Source: a virus (lineage: Duplodnaviria; Heunggongvirae; Uroviricota; Caudoviricetes; Herelleviridae). Taken from it: DNA of 64,000 bases. Positions 37,590 to 46,957 of the stretch are shown piece after piece; the stretch's first letter is position 1; every line of letters starts with the position of its first letter. The stretch lies in IMG/VR virus record IMGVR_UViG_2706796241_000001; one strand, written 5' to 3'. The notes beneath the pieces were generated by a model, which saw only the letters and a program-made list of their open reading frames with translations, made no database searches and was not told where the DNA came from. Both the position numbers and the translations under genes were made by a program.

Positions 37590-37752
37590 AAAACATGCAA
37601 ATAAAATAATCGGGTGGCTATTTATTTTTTTAGTGGTATTGACAATTGTTAAAGTTATAGTACTTGGAAAGCCACTTGGCGGATTTGATATTGTACTATA
37701 TGTACTACTACAGCTACTATATGGTATGGAAAAGTTGTCAAACGATGAATAG
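37579..37752 (+). CDS. 57-aa two-TM membrane peptide
   Basis: MRIRKHANKIIGWLFIFLVVLTIVKVIVLGKPLGGFDIVLYVLLQLLYGMEKLSNDE; below track threshold. Confidence 0.35.
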   Translation: MRIRKHANKIIGWLFIFLVVLTIVKVIVLGKPLGGFDIVLYVLLQLLYGMEKLSNDE

Positions 37753-37782
37753 GAGTAGATTTTTCTACTTCTTTTTTACCTG

Positions 37783-37811
37783 TTGACAGAATCATAATAG
37801 TAGGATAATAT
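37783..37811 (+). promoter_or_regulatory. sigma-A promoter
   Basis: TTGACA-17-TAATAT. Confidence 0.45.
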
Positions 37812-37841
37812 TATATCATAGAGAACAAGGAGGGAAACAAA

Positions 37842-38381
37842 ATGGAGTATACAGAAAATGATTTAAAAGTAGGAACTAAGTTACGTTGCACCAAAGCAAA
37901 ACCAGTATGGTGGACTGTAGGGAAAGTGTACGATGTATCATTAGGGGAGGATGGCGTGTTAATAATCATAGATGATAATGGGCACTCTGCGTATATGGAC
38001 TACATGCTATTCTGCTTAGAAGGAAAACATAACCCCGTAGCATTTGAAATTATTAAGGAGGAAGAACAAATTAAATACACAGAAGAAGATTTGTACGAAG
38101 GTATGAGGTTACGTTGTGTGGACAACTCCGTTGTTAAGTGGTGGACTATAGGAAAAGAGTACGAGATTGTAAAATCAGTAAGTAAACTAGACGTTGACAA
38201 GATGGGAGCATATTATATTTTAGACGATGAAGGTGGTAAACACGATACAGAAGTTAGTATTTTACGTGGTTTAAACGATAAAAATGCAATAATTAGGTTT
38301 GAGGTTGTGGAGGAGAGAAAAGAAATGCAAAAATATGCTAAAATTACAAAATACGATGGGATAAAAACATTGACAAAATAA
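37842..38381 (+). CDS. protein with internal tandem domain duplication (179 aa)
   Basis: YTENDLKVGTKLRCTKAKPVWWTVGKVYDV repeated as YTEEDLYEGMRLRCVDNSVVKWWTIGKEYEI. Confidence 0.45.
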   Translation: MEYTENDLKVGTKLRCTKAKPVWWTVGKVYDVSLGEDGVLIIIDDNGHSAYMDYMLFCLEGKHNPVAFEIIKEEEQIKYTEEDLYEGMRLRCVDNSVVKWWTIGKEYEIVKSVSKLDVDKMGAYYILDDEGGKHDTEVSILRGLNDKNAIIRFEVVEERKEMQKYAKITKYDGIKTLTK

Positions 38382-38503
38382 ATGGTTTAGAAATTGGTAA
38401 AACATATAAAATTGTATCATATGATAATGCTTTAAGTGATGACTGCTATATTTATTTAAATGATAAACACCCAAGGTATTTCATCTCAGAAGCGCAATAT
38501 GAA

Positions 38504-38701
38504 TTGGTAGAAAAAGAATATCCAGTTGCAGATGTTAAAGTAGATGTGAAAGAAGCTATCCAAGCTAAAATTGATGCACTTACAACAGAGGCAGAACGTT
38601 TATTTACAAAACGTGACCGTTTAGAGGAACATGCAATTAACTTAAACGCAAAGGCACGCAGACTTGAAGAAGTGGTTGAGACTATTAAAGAATTTGAATA
38701 A
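38504..38701 (+). CDS. small coiled-coil protein (65 aa)
   Basis: ORF track. Confidence 0.35.
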   Translation: MVEKEYPVADVKVDVKEAIQAKIDALTTEAERLFTKRDRLEEHAINLNAKARRLEEVVETIKEFE

Positions 38702-38768
38702 AACACTTGAACCCTACTGTGTCCAATGATATAGTAGGGGCATAAAGTAAAAAAAGGGGGAAGCAAAA

Positions 38769-39155
38769 ATGACACTAAAAATTAGATGTACACTTAAAAC
38801 AGAGCATATCTTCACAGAAGGTAAAGAGTACGATGTATTCTATGATGATGCTAGAGGTTACTTCCTTAGAGATGATGAGGGAGACATTATAGAATCAGGA
38901 GCCACTCCTGAGCTACTATTAGCTGAATTAAATAACTATTGGCATTCTAAGTTTGAATTGCTCGGTGCAGAACCAAAGAAACTTACACTCTATCTCGGAA
39001 TTGATAAGGGGACAGGTACTAACATGGCAGTTGGTACATCCCTTCAAGGAGTACTAGAAAAAGTAAAAGAACTAGATATATACTTCTCAAGTGACTCAGA
39101 TTTCTATGCAAACTATAAAAGCCAATACATCATTGAGGAATGGGAGACCTACTAA
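38769..39155 (+). CDS. hypothetical protein, paralog A (128 aa)
   Basis: MTLKIRCTLKTEHIFTEGKEYDVFYDD..; GGGGGAAG RBS. Confidence 0.45.
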   Translation: MTLKIRCTLKTEHIFTEGKEYDVFYDDARGYFLRDDEGDIIESGATPELLLAELNNYWHSKFELLGAEPKKLTLYLGIDKGTGTNMAVGTSLQGVLEKVKELDIYFSSDSDFYANYKSQYIIEEWETY

Positions 39156-39156
39156 A

Positions 39157-39570
39157 ATGACATACAGAATGAAATGTGTAATTACAAACCCACAAGAACC
39201 CTTTTTCACAGAAGGCAAAGAGTATAGGATTGCTCACAACAATACTATAGGGTACTTTATTAAAGATGATGATGGGACAACTGCAGAATCTGGAAAAACA
39301 CGTGGTGAGCTACTGAATAAATTAAATGAATACTGGTATTCTCAGTTTGAACTGATTGAGATTGAACCGAAGCAGCCAATTAATGAATGCACCGAGATTA
39401 GAAAAAAATTTCAACAAACCCTTATTCAATATAATATGGATATTGGACACTTAGAGGGGCGTTTGGTGGGAAAACCAAGTAATATCATATCAACACAGAT
39501 TGCAATGTTAAAAGTAAAGCGTGAAGCAGTTCAAGAATTATACGATGAGCTGTTCAAGGAGGACAACTAA
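39157..39570 (+). CDS. hypothetical protein, paralog B of 38769..39155 (137 aa; start moved)
   Basis: MTYRMKCVITNPQEPFFTEGKEYRIAHNN.. aligns to paralog A from its Met1. Confidence 0.45.
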   Translation: MTYRMKCVITNPQEPFFTEGKEYRIAHNNTIGYFIKDDDGTTAESGKTRGELLNKLNEYWYSQFELIEIEPKQPINECTEIRKKFQQTLIQYNMDIGHLEGRLVGKPSNIISTQIAMLKVKREAVQELYDELFKEDN

Positions 39571-39651
39571 ATGGTACTAATCTTAGCAGTATTCTGGTTA
39601 CTGGTATTAGGTGGTATTCTACTATTACTAATTGATGGAGGGAAACTATAA
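39571..39651 (+). CDS. 26-aa hydrophobic micro-protein
   Basis: MVLILAVFWLLVLGGILLLLIDGGKL; its start overlaps the upstream stop and its stop overlaps the next start (ATGA). Confidence 0.3.
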   Translation: MVLILAVFWLLVLGGILLLLIDGGKL

Positions 39652-39863
39652 TGATTAAACTAGGACATCTATTACAGCATATTGAATTTGGTCGCACAGT
39701 TACATTAGTAGAGCATATGACGGATGAAGAGATTGTAACATTCACTTTATCAGAAGAAAAATCACTTATTGAACAATACGAAGGTATTGAAGACCACTTA
39801 GAGCTAGAAGTCATGATGATTTCTACAACACCAAGTGCAGGACTATATCTTGAAATCATGTAA
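39651..39863 (+). CDS. hypothetical protein (70 aa)
   Basis: ORF track. Confidence 0.4.
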   Translation: MIKLGHLLQHIEFGRTVTLVEHMTDEEIVTFTLSEEKSLIEQYEGIEDHLELEVMMISTTPSAGLYLEIM

Positions 39864-39876
39864 AGGAGGCAGAACA

Positions 39877-39993
39877 ATGAAACTAGCAACTTGTCCAGAA
39901 TGTGGCGGAGATTTATTAGAGGGAGTATCTAACGAATATGGATTTGAATGTGACACTTGTCCTTATCCATATAAAGAGGAGGACTTAATTTGA
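39877..39993 (+). CDS. 38-aa zinc-ribbon micro-protein
   Basis: AAGGAGG RBS; MKLATCPECGGDLLEGVSNEYGFECDTCPYPYKEEDLI (two CxxC pairs). Confidence 0.45.
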   Translation: MKLATCPECGGDLLEGVSNEYGFECDTCPYPYKEEDLI

Positions 39994-40340
39994 ATTACTT
40001 ATACTATGTAATTATCCTTACAATGGCTCACGCAGTAGGGGACTATGCCTTACAAAGTGACTATATCTCAAAAGGAAAGCAGACTGATTTATATCTACTA
40101 ATCATCCATGTAAACATCTGGACGTATATTATTGTCGCAACTACATTGTTCTTAGGAACACCAGTAAAACTTGGGCTAATTGTAGTATGCTTATGGGTTC
40201 CACATTTTATCATGGACTATTTAAAAGCACAAAGTGCATGGTTCTTAAAAACAGTACCTAATAAAAAGACACAACTAATTATCGACCAAACAGTACACTA
40301 TCTACAACTAGCTGTATTCGTATGGTTTGCAACACACTAA
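39990..40340 (+). CDS. polytopic membrane protein (116 aa; TTG start, or ATG at 40023)
   Basis: AGAGGAGG RBS 6 nt before the TTG; hydrophobic segments. Confidence 0.45.
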   Translation: MNYLYYVIILTMAHAVGDYALQSDYISKGKQTDLYLLIIHVNIWTYIIVATTLFLGTPVKLGLIVVCLWVPHFIMDYLKAQSAWFLKTVPNKKTQLIIDQTVHYLQLAVFVWFATH

Positions 40341-40352
40341 GGAGGAGCAAGT

Positions 40353-40964
40353 ATGGGGAGAGAATATGTAATATCTGATATGCACTTCTTCCATAGAAAC
40401 ATTTGTGGGGAAGCCTCTTTTATGGACACACGGAAACAATTTAAAGACGTAGAAGAGATGAACGAATACTTAATTAGAGAGTGGAATGCTACAGTACGCC
40501 CAGAGGACATTGTATATCACCTAGGAGACTTCGCAATGGGTGCTAAGGTAAATAGTGTTGTTAACGTGTTAGAGCGTTTAAACGGGACTATATGGCTAAT
40601 AAAGGGTAATCATGATAATAGTCCTTTAAGAAAAGCGGTTAAAAATAATACGTCACTAAACAGTAGAGTACACTGGGAAGACGTTGGTATTATTTTAAAA
40701 CGAATGCATAAGGTTGTACATATGACACATTACCCACTAATTTTAGGAGATAGAGGTAACCTAATTAATCTACATGGACACATTCATGAGTTAGCCAGAC
40801 CCGAACCAAACTTACTGAATGTAGGGGTAGACTCACCAGAATTAGATAACCATAAATTAGGAAAACCTCTTTTATTAGAAGATGCAATAAGATTAATAAA
40901 CAGAAAACAAGTAAACTTTAACAAAGCAAGTAGAGCATACTCTATTCATGGTGACTTACAATGA
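40353..40964 (+). CDS. calcineurin-like metallophosphoesterase (203 aa)
   Basis: SDMHFF, LGDFAMG, GNHD, HGHIHE metal-binding motifs. Confidence 0.6.
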   Translation: MGREYVISDMHFFHRNICGEASFMDTRKQFKDVEEMNEYLIREWNATVRPEDIVYHLGDFAMGAKVNSVVNVLERLNGTIWLIKGNHDNSPLRKAVKNNTSLNSRVHWEDVGIILKRMHKVVHMTHYPLILGDRGNLINLHGHIHELARPEPNLLNVGVDSPELDNHKLGKPLLLEDAIRLINRKQVNFNKASRAYSIHGDLQ

Positions 40965-41212
40965 AACCTGACTACTCAAGTATAATAGGTAAAAGATTTA
41001 TACCAAAGAAAAGATACCCTAGGATACTTATGAAAGAAGTTTACCCCACAAGAGTATTCTATGATTTCCCAAGAGTACTTCCTTGGGAGAAAGCACCAGA
41101 TATACCGCTAAGAGTTAAGTTTGTTGAGTTTACCTTTATACATGAGGGTAGGGTAGAAAAAGAACGATATACCTATTATTCTTTCTTTACCCATTTTGAA
41201 AGGAGTGGCTAA
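40961..41212 (+). CDS. hypothetical protein (83 aa)
   Basis: ORF track. Confidence 0.4.
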   Translation: MKPDYSSIIGKRFIPKKRYPRILMKEVYPTRVFYDFPRVLPWEKAPDIPLRVKFVEFTFIHEGRVEKERYTYYSFFTHFERSG

Positions 41213-41215
41213 ATT

Positions 41216-41695
41216 ATGACTATGCATACAGAAAACTTATTAGCCGTAACAATATTTTTACTTATACAGATGGCAGTTGTTGCTTTTATTTTTACTAAAG
41301 GGATAATAGTATATGATAGGCTACTTTCAGAGTACAGAGACGTAGTCGGTATAGCGTTTAGTATACTTCTTTTTGGTAATGGCGCAATGCTTATAATTCA
41401 CCAAGTGATTGCGATATTCAGCATATGGTTTAATAACTCGTTCAGGGAGTCTGACGTGTTTCTAGCTCAAGGCTACTTTATCGTATTGCTTTTACTATAT
41501 ATAGCACTGAACGTATATGGGAGCACTTTGTTTAAAAATATTAGAGTTAACATAAAAAATTATATAAACTATAATGCTAGGAGTAAAAATTATAAGTTAG
41601 CACTGGTTATAGTAATAACATTTATTGTCAATACTGTACTAGTACTAGCTACTTATTGGCTAGCAGAAGTAGTTAAAGGGGCTATTATTCATTGA
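41216..41695 (+). CDS. four-TM membrane protein (159 aa)
   Basis: ORF track; hydrophobic helices. Confidence 0.45.
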   Translation: MTMHTENLLAVTIFLLIQMAVVAFIFTKGIIVYDRLLSEYRDVVGIAFSILLFGNGAMLIIHQVIAIFSIWFNNSFRESDVFLAQGYFIVLLLLYIALNVYGSTLFKNIRVNIKNYINYNARSKNYKLALVIVITFIVNTVLVLATYWLAEVVKGAIIH

Positions 41696-42431
41696 AAGAT
41701 AAAGTATTTATTGTATCAGATATACATGGTTGTTATGATGAGCTAATAATGCTTCTTAATAAACATTGGAATAGTGATGAAGAGGACTTAATACTTTTAG
41801 GTGACTACGTAGATAGAGGTAGCAAATCCGCAGAAGTACTGGGTTTCGTTTATAAGCATATCCTTAATGGAGGGACTGCTTTGTTAGGAAATCATGACCA
41901 AATGTTGTTAGATTTTTTAACATTCCCATTGATAAGAGAAGCAGACTACGAAGACCTAAGTGAGATGTACGCAATGTGGATGTACAATGGCGGTGATAAA
42001 ACGATAAGTAGTCTATTGGATTTAGGTGAACACCTACAGGATGCGTTTACCACTAGAAAGATGTTATTAGAAAAACAAATGTAGTTGAAGTAATTAGTTT
42101 ATTAGAACCATATTACGAGCATGGAGACACCTTATGTGTACACGCAGGGATACCTGTTTATCGTCAGCCTGATTGGAAAACAGCTACTAAAGATGAAATG
42201 ATTTGGACGAGACCGCTAGCGTTACAGAAGAATAAAACAGATAAGACAATTGTAATGGGTCACACACCCACAATTAATCTGAGAAAAGAGAACAGCTACG
42301 ATGTCTTCTTAGGTGATAGAAGTATTTTCATTGATGGTGCCTGTGCATATGGTGGTCAGCTTAATGCTGTTGTTGTCGATAGTAAAGGTAACTTACTAAA
42401 CACGTATAAACAAGAGAGCCTAAGTAAGTAA
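41692..42431 (+). CDS. PPP-family Ser/Thr (ApaH/PrpE-like) phosphatase, frame-broken at an A5 run (42071-42075); pieces 41692..42084 and 42057..42431
   Basis: N-terminal part DIHGCYDEL, GDYVDRG, GNHD; -1 frame continues EVISLLEPYYEHGDTLCVHAGIP..VMGHTP..IDGACAYGG. Confidence 0.55.
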
Positions 42432-42461
42432 ATTACTAGGTTCTTTTTTATTACAAAGGTG

Positions 42462-42490
42462 TTGACATATAACAAAGTAGGTGATAATAT
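42462..42490 (+). promoter_or_regulatory. sigma-A promoter
   Basis: GTGTTGACA-17-TAATAT. Confidence 0.5.
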
Positions 42491-42521
42491 ATAGACATAA
42501 ACAACAAGGAGGTAGCAAGTA

Positions 42522-42959
42522 GTGAGGGACGAAAAAGAGGTAAATCACTTCATAGAAACTTTAGCAGAAGAACGTAAGAAAAAGTGGAATGACTATTTAG
42601 TATCATTAAGAGACAGTGTAGCACTAAGTGAAATTAAGACAAGCTATTCTTTGATGACAGGTACTTATGTAGTATTTCTATATATCTATAATTATGATTT
42701 AAACAAACGAACAATAGTAGAGGCTACCCTAGATGAATGGCGTATGCCCCATGTGTATTTAGGTGAGTTTGAGTATTTCCGAGAATTAGGGAAGATGTAC
42801 GATAATAAAGTAAAAGAAGCATTAGACTTATATGTAAGACAGATAGGACGTTCTCGTCCAGAGTCTAAGGCACTAGGTATTCGTAGATACAAAGAAGTAA
42901 GTAGAAACAACCGAACACAAACACGAAAATTTAAACCAAGAAAGGGTAATATAAAATGA
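42522..42959 (+). CDS. hypothetical basic protein (145 aa; GTG start)
   Basis: AAGGAGG RBS; ORF track. Confidence 0.45.
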   Translation: MRDEKEVNHFIETLAEERKKKWNDYLVSLRDSVALSEIKTSYSLMTGTYVVFLYIYNYDLNKRTIVEATLDEWRMPHVYLGEFEYFRELGKMYDNKVKEALDLYVRQIGRSRPESKALGIRRYKEVSRNNRTQTRKFKPRKGNIK

Positions 42960-43153
42960 ATATGTTAGAGCAATATATTAAAGAAGTACATTCAGTAACA
43001 CCATATACAGAGAGTTGGACAAAACAATACGGTAAAGATTTCCTAATGGTAGACTTAACAGTAAACTGTTATGGCTCTCTGTCTCGGAATGAGCGTTTGT
43101 TTTCTGTAGATGAGTGGGAAGAAGCTAAAAAGAAAGGATACTATATGGCATGA
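42956..43153 (+). CDS. hypothetical protein (65 aa)
   Basis: ORF track. Confidence 0.4.
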   Translation: MNMLEQYIKEVHSVTPYTESWTKQYGKDFLMVDLTVNCYGSLSRNERLFSVDEWEEAKKKGYYMA

Positions 43154-43326
43154 ATAATTTAACAGCACAAGATTTATTAGATGAACTATTAGAACTAAAA
43201 GAACAGGGCTACGCACTAGAGGACTATGTAGTTGTGGGTGAACCAATTAACCCCTATGACCACTATTTAGAATTTGATGGATGGCACTTAGACAGTAACA
43301 CAAATATGATTATATTAAAAGGATAG
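43150..43326 (+). CDS. 58-aa acidic protein
   Basis: MNNLTAQDLLDELLELKEQGYALEDYVVVGEPINPYDHYLEFDGWHLDSNTNMIILKG; below track threshold. Confidence 0.35.
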   Translation: MNNLTAQDLLDELLELKEQGYALEDYVVVGEPINPYDHYLEFDGWHLDSNTNMIILKG

Positions 43327-43339
43327 GGAGGGCAAGACA

Positions 43340-43801
43340 ATGGAAGATAAAGACTATGTGTTAGCACTAGAGGAAGACACAGGTGTATGGAAAGCGTGTG
43401 AGACGTTCCCTACGAGAGAAGAGGCAGTGTCTGCAGGAAAACTTGCATTATTAGCTATTAATGAAGGAAAAACATATGTTGATAGCTTAGGGATGTACGT
43501 AGAGGATATATTTGGAACATTACCTGAAAAGGGGACAACAAGCTTTGCAGTAGGGCAGTTCAATAAAGCAGTTATTAGTGTAGATGTAGTAGGTATGTTA
43601 GAATCTGTAGGGGAACAGCTATACAGTGAATATGGAGAAGTAGCAGAGGACTACTACCCAACGGATGAAGTAAGCGATGAGGCTATAGATGAATTACATG
43701 ACATTATCGCTAACTGGTTAGATAAGAACTTGACACAGCCTCCATCTTTTGGTAGTGTTGATGACGTAGAGAAAATTACATTAGAAGGAGAAAACAAATG
43801 A
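43340..43801 (+). CDS. hypothetical acidic protein (153 aa)
   Basis: ORF track; GGGAGGG RBS. Confidence 0.45.
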   Translation: MEDKDYVLALEEDTGVWKACETFPTREEAVSAGKLALLAINEGKTYVDSLGMYVEDIFGTLPEKGTTSFAVGQFNKAVISVDVVGMLESVGEQLYSEYGEVAEDYYPTDEVSDEAIDELHDIIANWLDKNLTQPPSFGSVDDVEKITLEGENK

Positions 43802-43986
43802 AGAAAAGACTAGAAGAGCTAACACCAGATGAATTACAGCAATATGCAAAGTTAAATAAGCAAAGAGAAAATCATAAAGAGAAAATTAAAGAGCACACAG
43901 AGATTATTGGACATATTGAAGAAAAGATTGAAAATATCCTATATATCCCAGAAGAGGAAGAACACAATAGTGACTTACCGTTCTAA
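43798..43986 (+). CDS. hypothetical protein (62 aa)
   Basis: ORF track. Confidence 0.4.
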   Translation: MKKRLEELTPDELQQYAKLNKQRENHKEKIKEHTEIIGHIEEKIENILYIPEEEEHNSDLPF

Positions 43987-44035
43987 CTAATACAGCATTT
44001 AAGATAATTTAGGGAATGAGAAAAGAGGTAGCTAA

Positions 44036-44476
44036 GTGGAGTTTGTTGAGAAAGCAGAGTACGTTTTTCCAAAGCCTATTTTAGATTTTAATTTAGGTCA
44101 TCGTGTAGCAATCGTATTAAAAGAAGAAGAACTAAGTTGTTTGGAACGCTCTTATTATAAAACGAGGTTATATGGTAGTATATACCTAGTAGCATCAGAT
44201 AAGATGAGTATAGAAGTATACAATGAATCAATTAGGCTAGGGTTCAATGACGAGGAAGTTTTAGGGTGTGTTATTGGGTATCCTGTAGAATGTGCTAAGT
44301 GGTTTGCTAAAGCTTCAAGAGAAGAGTTAAGTAATAGTGGTGTAATGATGAGTGGCTCTTACACATTTAAATGCCCTGAGCACCTTGTAGATTACGCTAA
44401 AGAATACATGTTGGAACATTACGGTTTAAAGGCATACTATGATGTTCCTTGTGAAAAAATTGTAACTTTTTCTTAA
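44036..44476 (+). CDS. hypothetical protein (146 aa; GTG start)
   Basis: ORF track. Confidence 0.4.
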   Translation: MEFVEKAEYVFPKPILDFNLGHRVAIVLKEEELSCLERSYYKTRLYGSIYLVASDKMSIEVYNESIRLGFNDEEVLGCVIGYPVECAKWFAKASREELSNSGVMMSGSYTFKCPEHLVDYAKEYMLEHYGLKAYYDVPCEKIVTFS

Positions 44477-44501
44477 TGTATATTAATTGGAGGTAGATAA
44501 A

Positions 44502-45212
44502 GTGATGTGTTTTGGATATATCTGTCCTGTATGTGAGACAGCTATTGTAGGTGACCCTGATAACGGAGGGGAACTCTGTCAGTTAACCCATATTAGACAT
44601 TCTAAAGTCATAGGGACAATTAGAGGACATTATAATGGTCTTGGTGGAGTAGTAGAAGATTACTATTTTGGAGGTAGGTCTGGGAGAAATAGTCAAGAAG
44701 AAATTTTACGTTCCGAGTATGGGTTTAAAGACTCCTATCGTACAGGTAAACGAAGACAAGCCCCTAGTGGAAGAGAAGTAAGAGCATATGAGCCACTTAC
44801 TGATTTAACTGTAGGCTCCCCAGAAAGAGAATGTTTTGAGATTGCTATAGAGGGGCTTAACAAGGAGCTGAAAGGGTACGCAAATACTATCTTAGCTCTT
44901 GAAGATGAGCTCCTCCAATCTGCAATAGGAGGACTTTCTTGTATGGGGCAAGATTACTATGAAAAAATGATGATTTTAGCTAATATGAAAAGTAGTAGCA
45001 ATCGTTATTGGCTAGTGTTAAGTAAACTGTATAATGACTATATACTTACACTTCCGGACAGCATGGAAGCTAAGTCAGGGGTCATCGCAGTACATGTGGC
45101 TTGCTTAAAAACATTGAGTAAGGAAGAGCGTGCAAGCTTACCATTTAGTAAACCAGACCCAGACCAAAGTATAGGAACAGTTAGAGAAGCATATAAGGAG
45201 GATAACACATGA
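44502..45212 (+). CDS. hypothetical protein (~236 aa; start moved to GTG/ATG after GGAGG)
   Basis: GGAGG RBS 8 nt before the GTG at 44502 (ATG at 44505); CPVCE Cys pair. Confidence 0.45.
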   Translation: MMCFGYICPVCETAIVGDPDNGGELCQLTHIRHSKVIGTIRGHYNGLGGVVEDYYFGGRSGRNSQEEILRSEYGFKDSYRTGKRRQAPSGREVRAYEPLTDLTVGSPERECFEIAIEGLNKELKGYANTILALEDELLQSAIGGLSCMGQDYYEKMMILANMKSSSNRYWLVLSKLYNDYILTLPDSMEAKSGVIAVHVACLKTLSKEERASLPFSKPDPDQSIGTVREAYKEDNT

Positions 45213-45682
45213 TTAAAGTAAAAGTTATTGATAGCGATACACCTTATGGTTTATCTAAGGAATTAGAGAAATTTTTAGCAAATCATAAGCACACTTCAAT
45301 TAATTATTCAGTAGCATACAAAAACCCCTCAACCATTTATAGTGCCCTTGTCACTTACAAACAAGAAGACGTTTCAATAGATAGCTTATCACCCCTAAAA
45401 GCTAAGGGTTTCCTTAGAATAATTAGTCTTGAGGAGTATACAACACTGAAAGGGCATCGTAGAAGCGTGCCATTAAGTACCTATAAATTAAACTTAAATG
45501 ATGGAGATAAAATACCACCATTTTTTAAAGATAAACCAGTAATAGCAATTAGCCCTACTGGTAACGAACCCTACTATTCTTATAATAACCCAGAGCATAT
45601 AGAAGTTAATGGTGAGTTACCTAGCCCTCATTTTGTTTTTGAACATAAGGGAAACTACTATGAATATTGGGAGGAACATTAA
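45209..45682 (+). CDS. hypothetical protein (157 aa)
   Basis: ORF track. Confidence 0.4.
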   Translation: MIKVKVIDSDTPYGLSKELEKFLANHKHTSINYSVAYKNPSTIYSALVTYKQEDVSIDSLSPLKAKGFLRIISLEEYTTLKGHRRSVPLSTYKLNLNDGDKIPPFFKDKPVIAISPTGNEPYYSYNNPEHIEVNGELPSPHFVFEHKGNYYEYWEEH

Positions 45683-46201
45683 ATGAGTAAATATATTTTA
45701 TTTTGGGGACATACCCCAAGCAAACGTAATAAACTAGGAAAAGAGTGCTTGTCACAGTGGTACCCATCACAGTTCAGCGCACCTATTAAGGGTTTAGGGG
45801 AAGATATTATTTTCCCGACAGCAGAGCACTATATGATGGTACGTAAAGCAATGCTTTTTAATGATGTTGATACAGCAAAAAGAATTTTAAAAACAGAGAG
45901 CCCAAAAGATGCTAAACGTTTAGGGAGACAAGTTAAAAATTTTGAAGAAAACTTGTGGGTAAAGCATCGTAAATCAATCGTTTTAGATGGGAATACTTAT
46001 AAATTCACACAAAATGATAGTTTACGTAACTTTATGCTGTCCATCCCTAAAGGAACTAAGTTTGCAGAGGCATCACCTTTTGATAAAGTATGGGGAATAG
46101 GACTACGTGAATCAGACCCACGCTCTCGTGATACGAGTAAATGGGAAGGTCTTAATCTATTAGGAGAGGTGCTAACAGAAGTTAGGGAAAATTTAAATTA
46201 A
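45683..46201 (+). CDS. NADAR (YbiA/DUF1768) family protein, putative ADP-ribose-processing enzyme (172 aa)
   Basis: FWGHTPS, FPTAEHYMMVRKA, AKRLGRQVKNFEENLW, KFTQN, EASPFDKVWGIGL, WEGLNLLGEVLTEVR signature blocks. Confidence 0.6.
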   Translation: MSKYILFWGHTPSKRNKLGKECLSQWYPSQFSAPIKGLGEDIIFPTAEHYMMVRKAMLFNDVDTAKRILKTESPKDAKRLGRQVKNFEENLWVKHRKSIVLDGNTYKFTQNDSLRNFMLSIPKGTKFAEASPFDKVWGIGLRESDPRSRDTSKWEGLNLLGEVLTEVRENLN

Positions 46202-46211
46202 GGAGGACTGT

Positions 46212-46394
46212 GTGGTGATAGAGTGTTTAATGTGTCAAGTACCATTAGAGGAGACATGTGGTGATTTTTATTTAGATGAAATGTTGTGTGGCTTGTGTGC
46301 TATGCATTTATTACTAGACGGGATTGAACAAAGTCTAATGATGGAAATTTACGTATCAGAGCTACTATTAGAAGAGGAGGAGAATATGTTATGA
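46212..46394 (+). CDS. small Cys-rich protein (60 aa)
   Basis: ORF track; GGAGG RBS. Confidence 0.4.
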   Translation: MVIECLMCQVPLEETCGDFYLDEMLCGLCAMHLLLDGIEQSLMMEIYVSELLLEEEENML

Positions 46395-46756
46395 GTAACT
46401 GCATTGAAGAACTACTCAGCAAAGAGGCTATTTATGTAGATAGATTTATTGTAGCTAGGGATAACAGTTATTTTGCAAATATTGTTATGCAAAGTTTTCA
46501 TACGAAGAATGTATTCCATGTAAAACGTAATGATGAATACTTTATGGGAATTAGAGCAAATAACTTTGTGGTAGAGCTTGGGGAACTTGATTTTGAAGTA
46601 CCAATTAGCAAAGAAGACCATGAACTACTAGCATCTGTACTCGGTACTAAGCTAGATACGGCAACGTTCGTATTAGTTACAGGTAACCATAAAGGGGTTC
46701 GTTACACTACAATATGGGCTATCCCTAAAACAATTTTAGATAAAGAACTATTGTAA
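46391..46756 (+). CDS. hypothetical protein (121 aa)
   Basis: ORF track. Confidence 0.4.
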   Translation: MSNCIEELLSKEAIYVDRFIVARDNSYFANIVMQSFHTKNVFHVKRNDEYFMGIRANNFVVELGELDFEVPISKEDHELLASVLGTKLDTATFVLVTGNHKGVRYTTIWAIPKTILDKELL

Positions 46757-46780
46757 TATAAAATAATTAAATACAAAGTG

Positions 46781-46809
46781 TTGACTTTTAATCTAGCTGA
46801 TGATACAAT
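46781..46809 (+). promoter_or_regulatory. sigma-A promoter
   Basis: GTGTTGACT-17-TACAAT. Confidence 0.45.
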
Positions 46810-46957
46810 GTATTTGTAGATAGCTAGATTTATTTTTTTAATATATAAAGTGAAAGAAGGTTTAACAGATGGAAAAAGTAATACTTCACGAGAATTGGAG
46901 TCTTTTAAACCAACAGAGAATCGAAAACTATTTTGGGTGTAGGAGGAGCTAAAGAAA

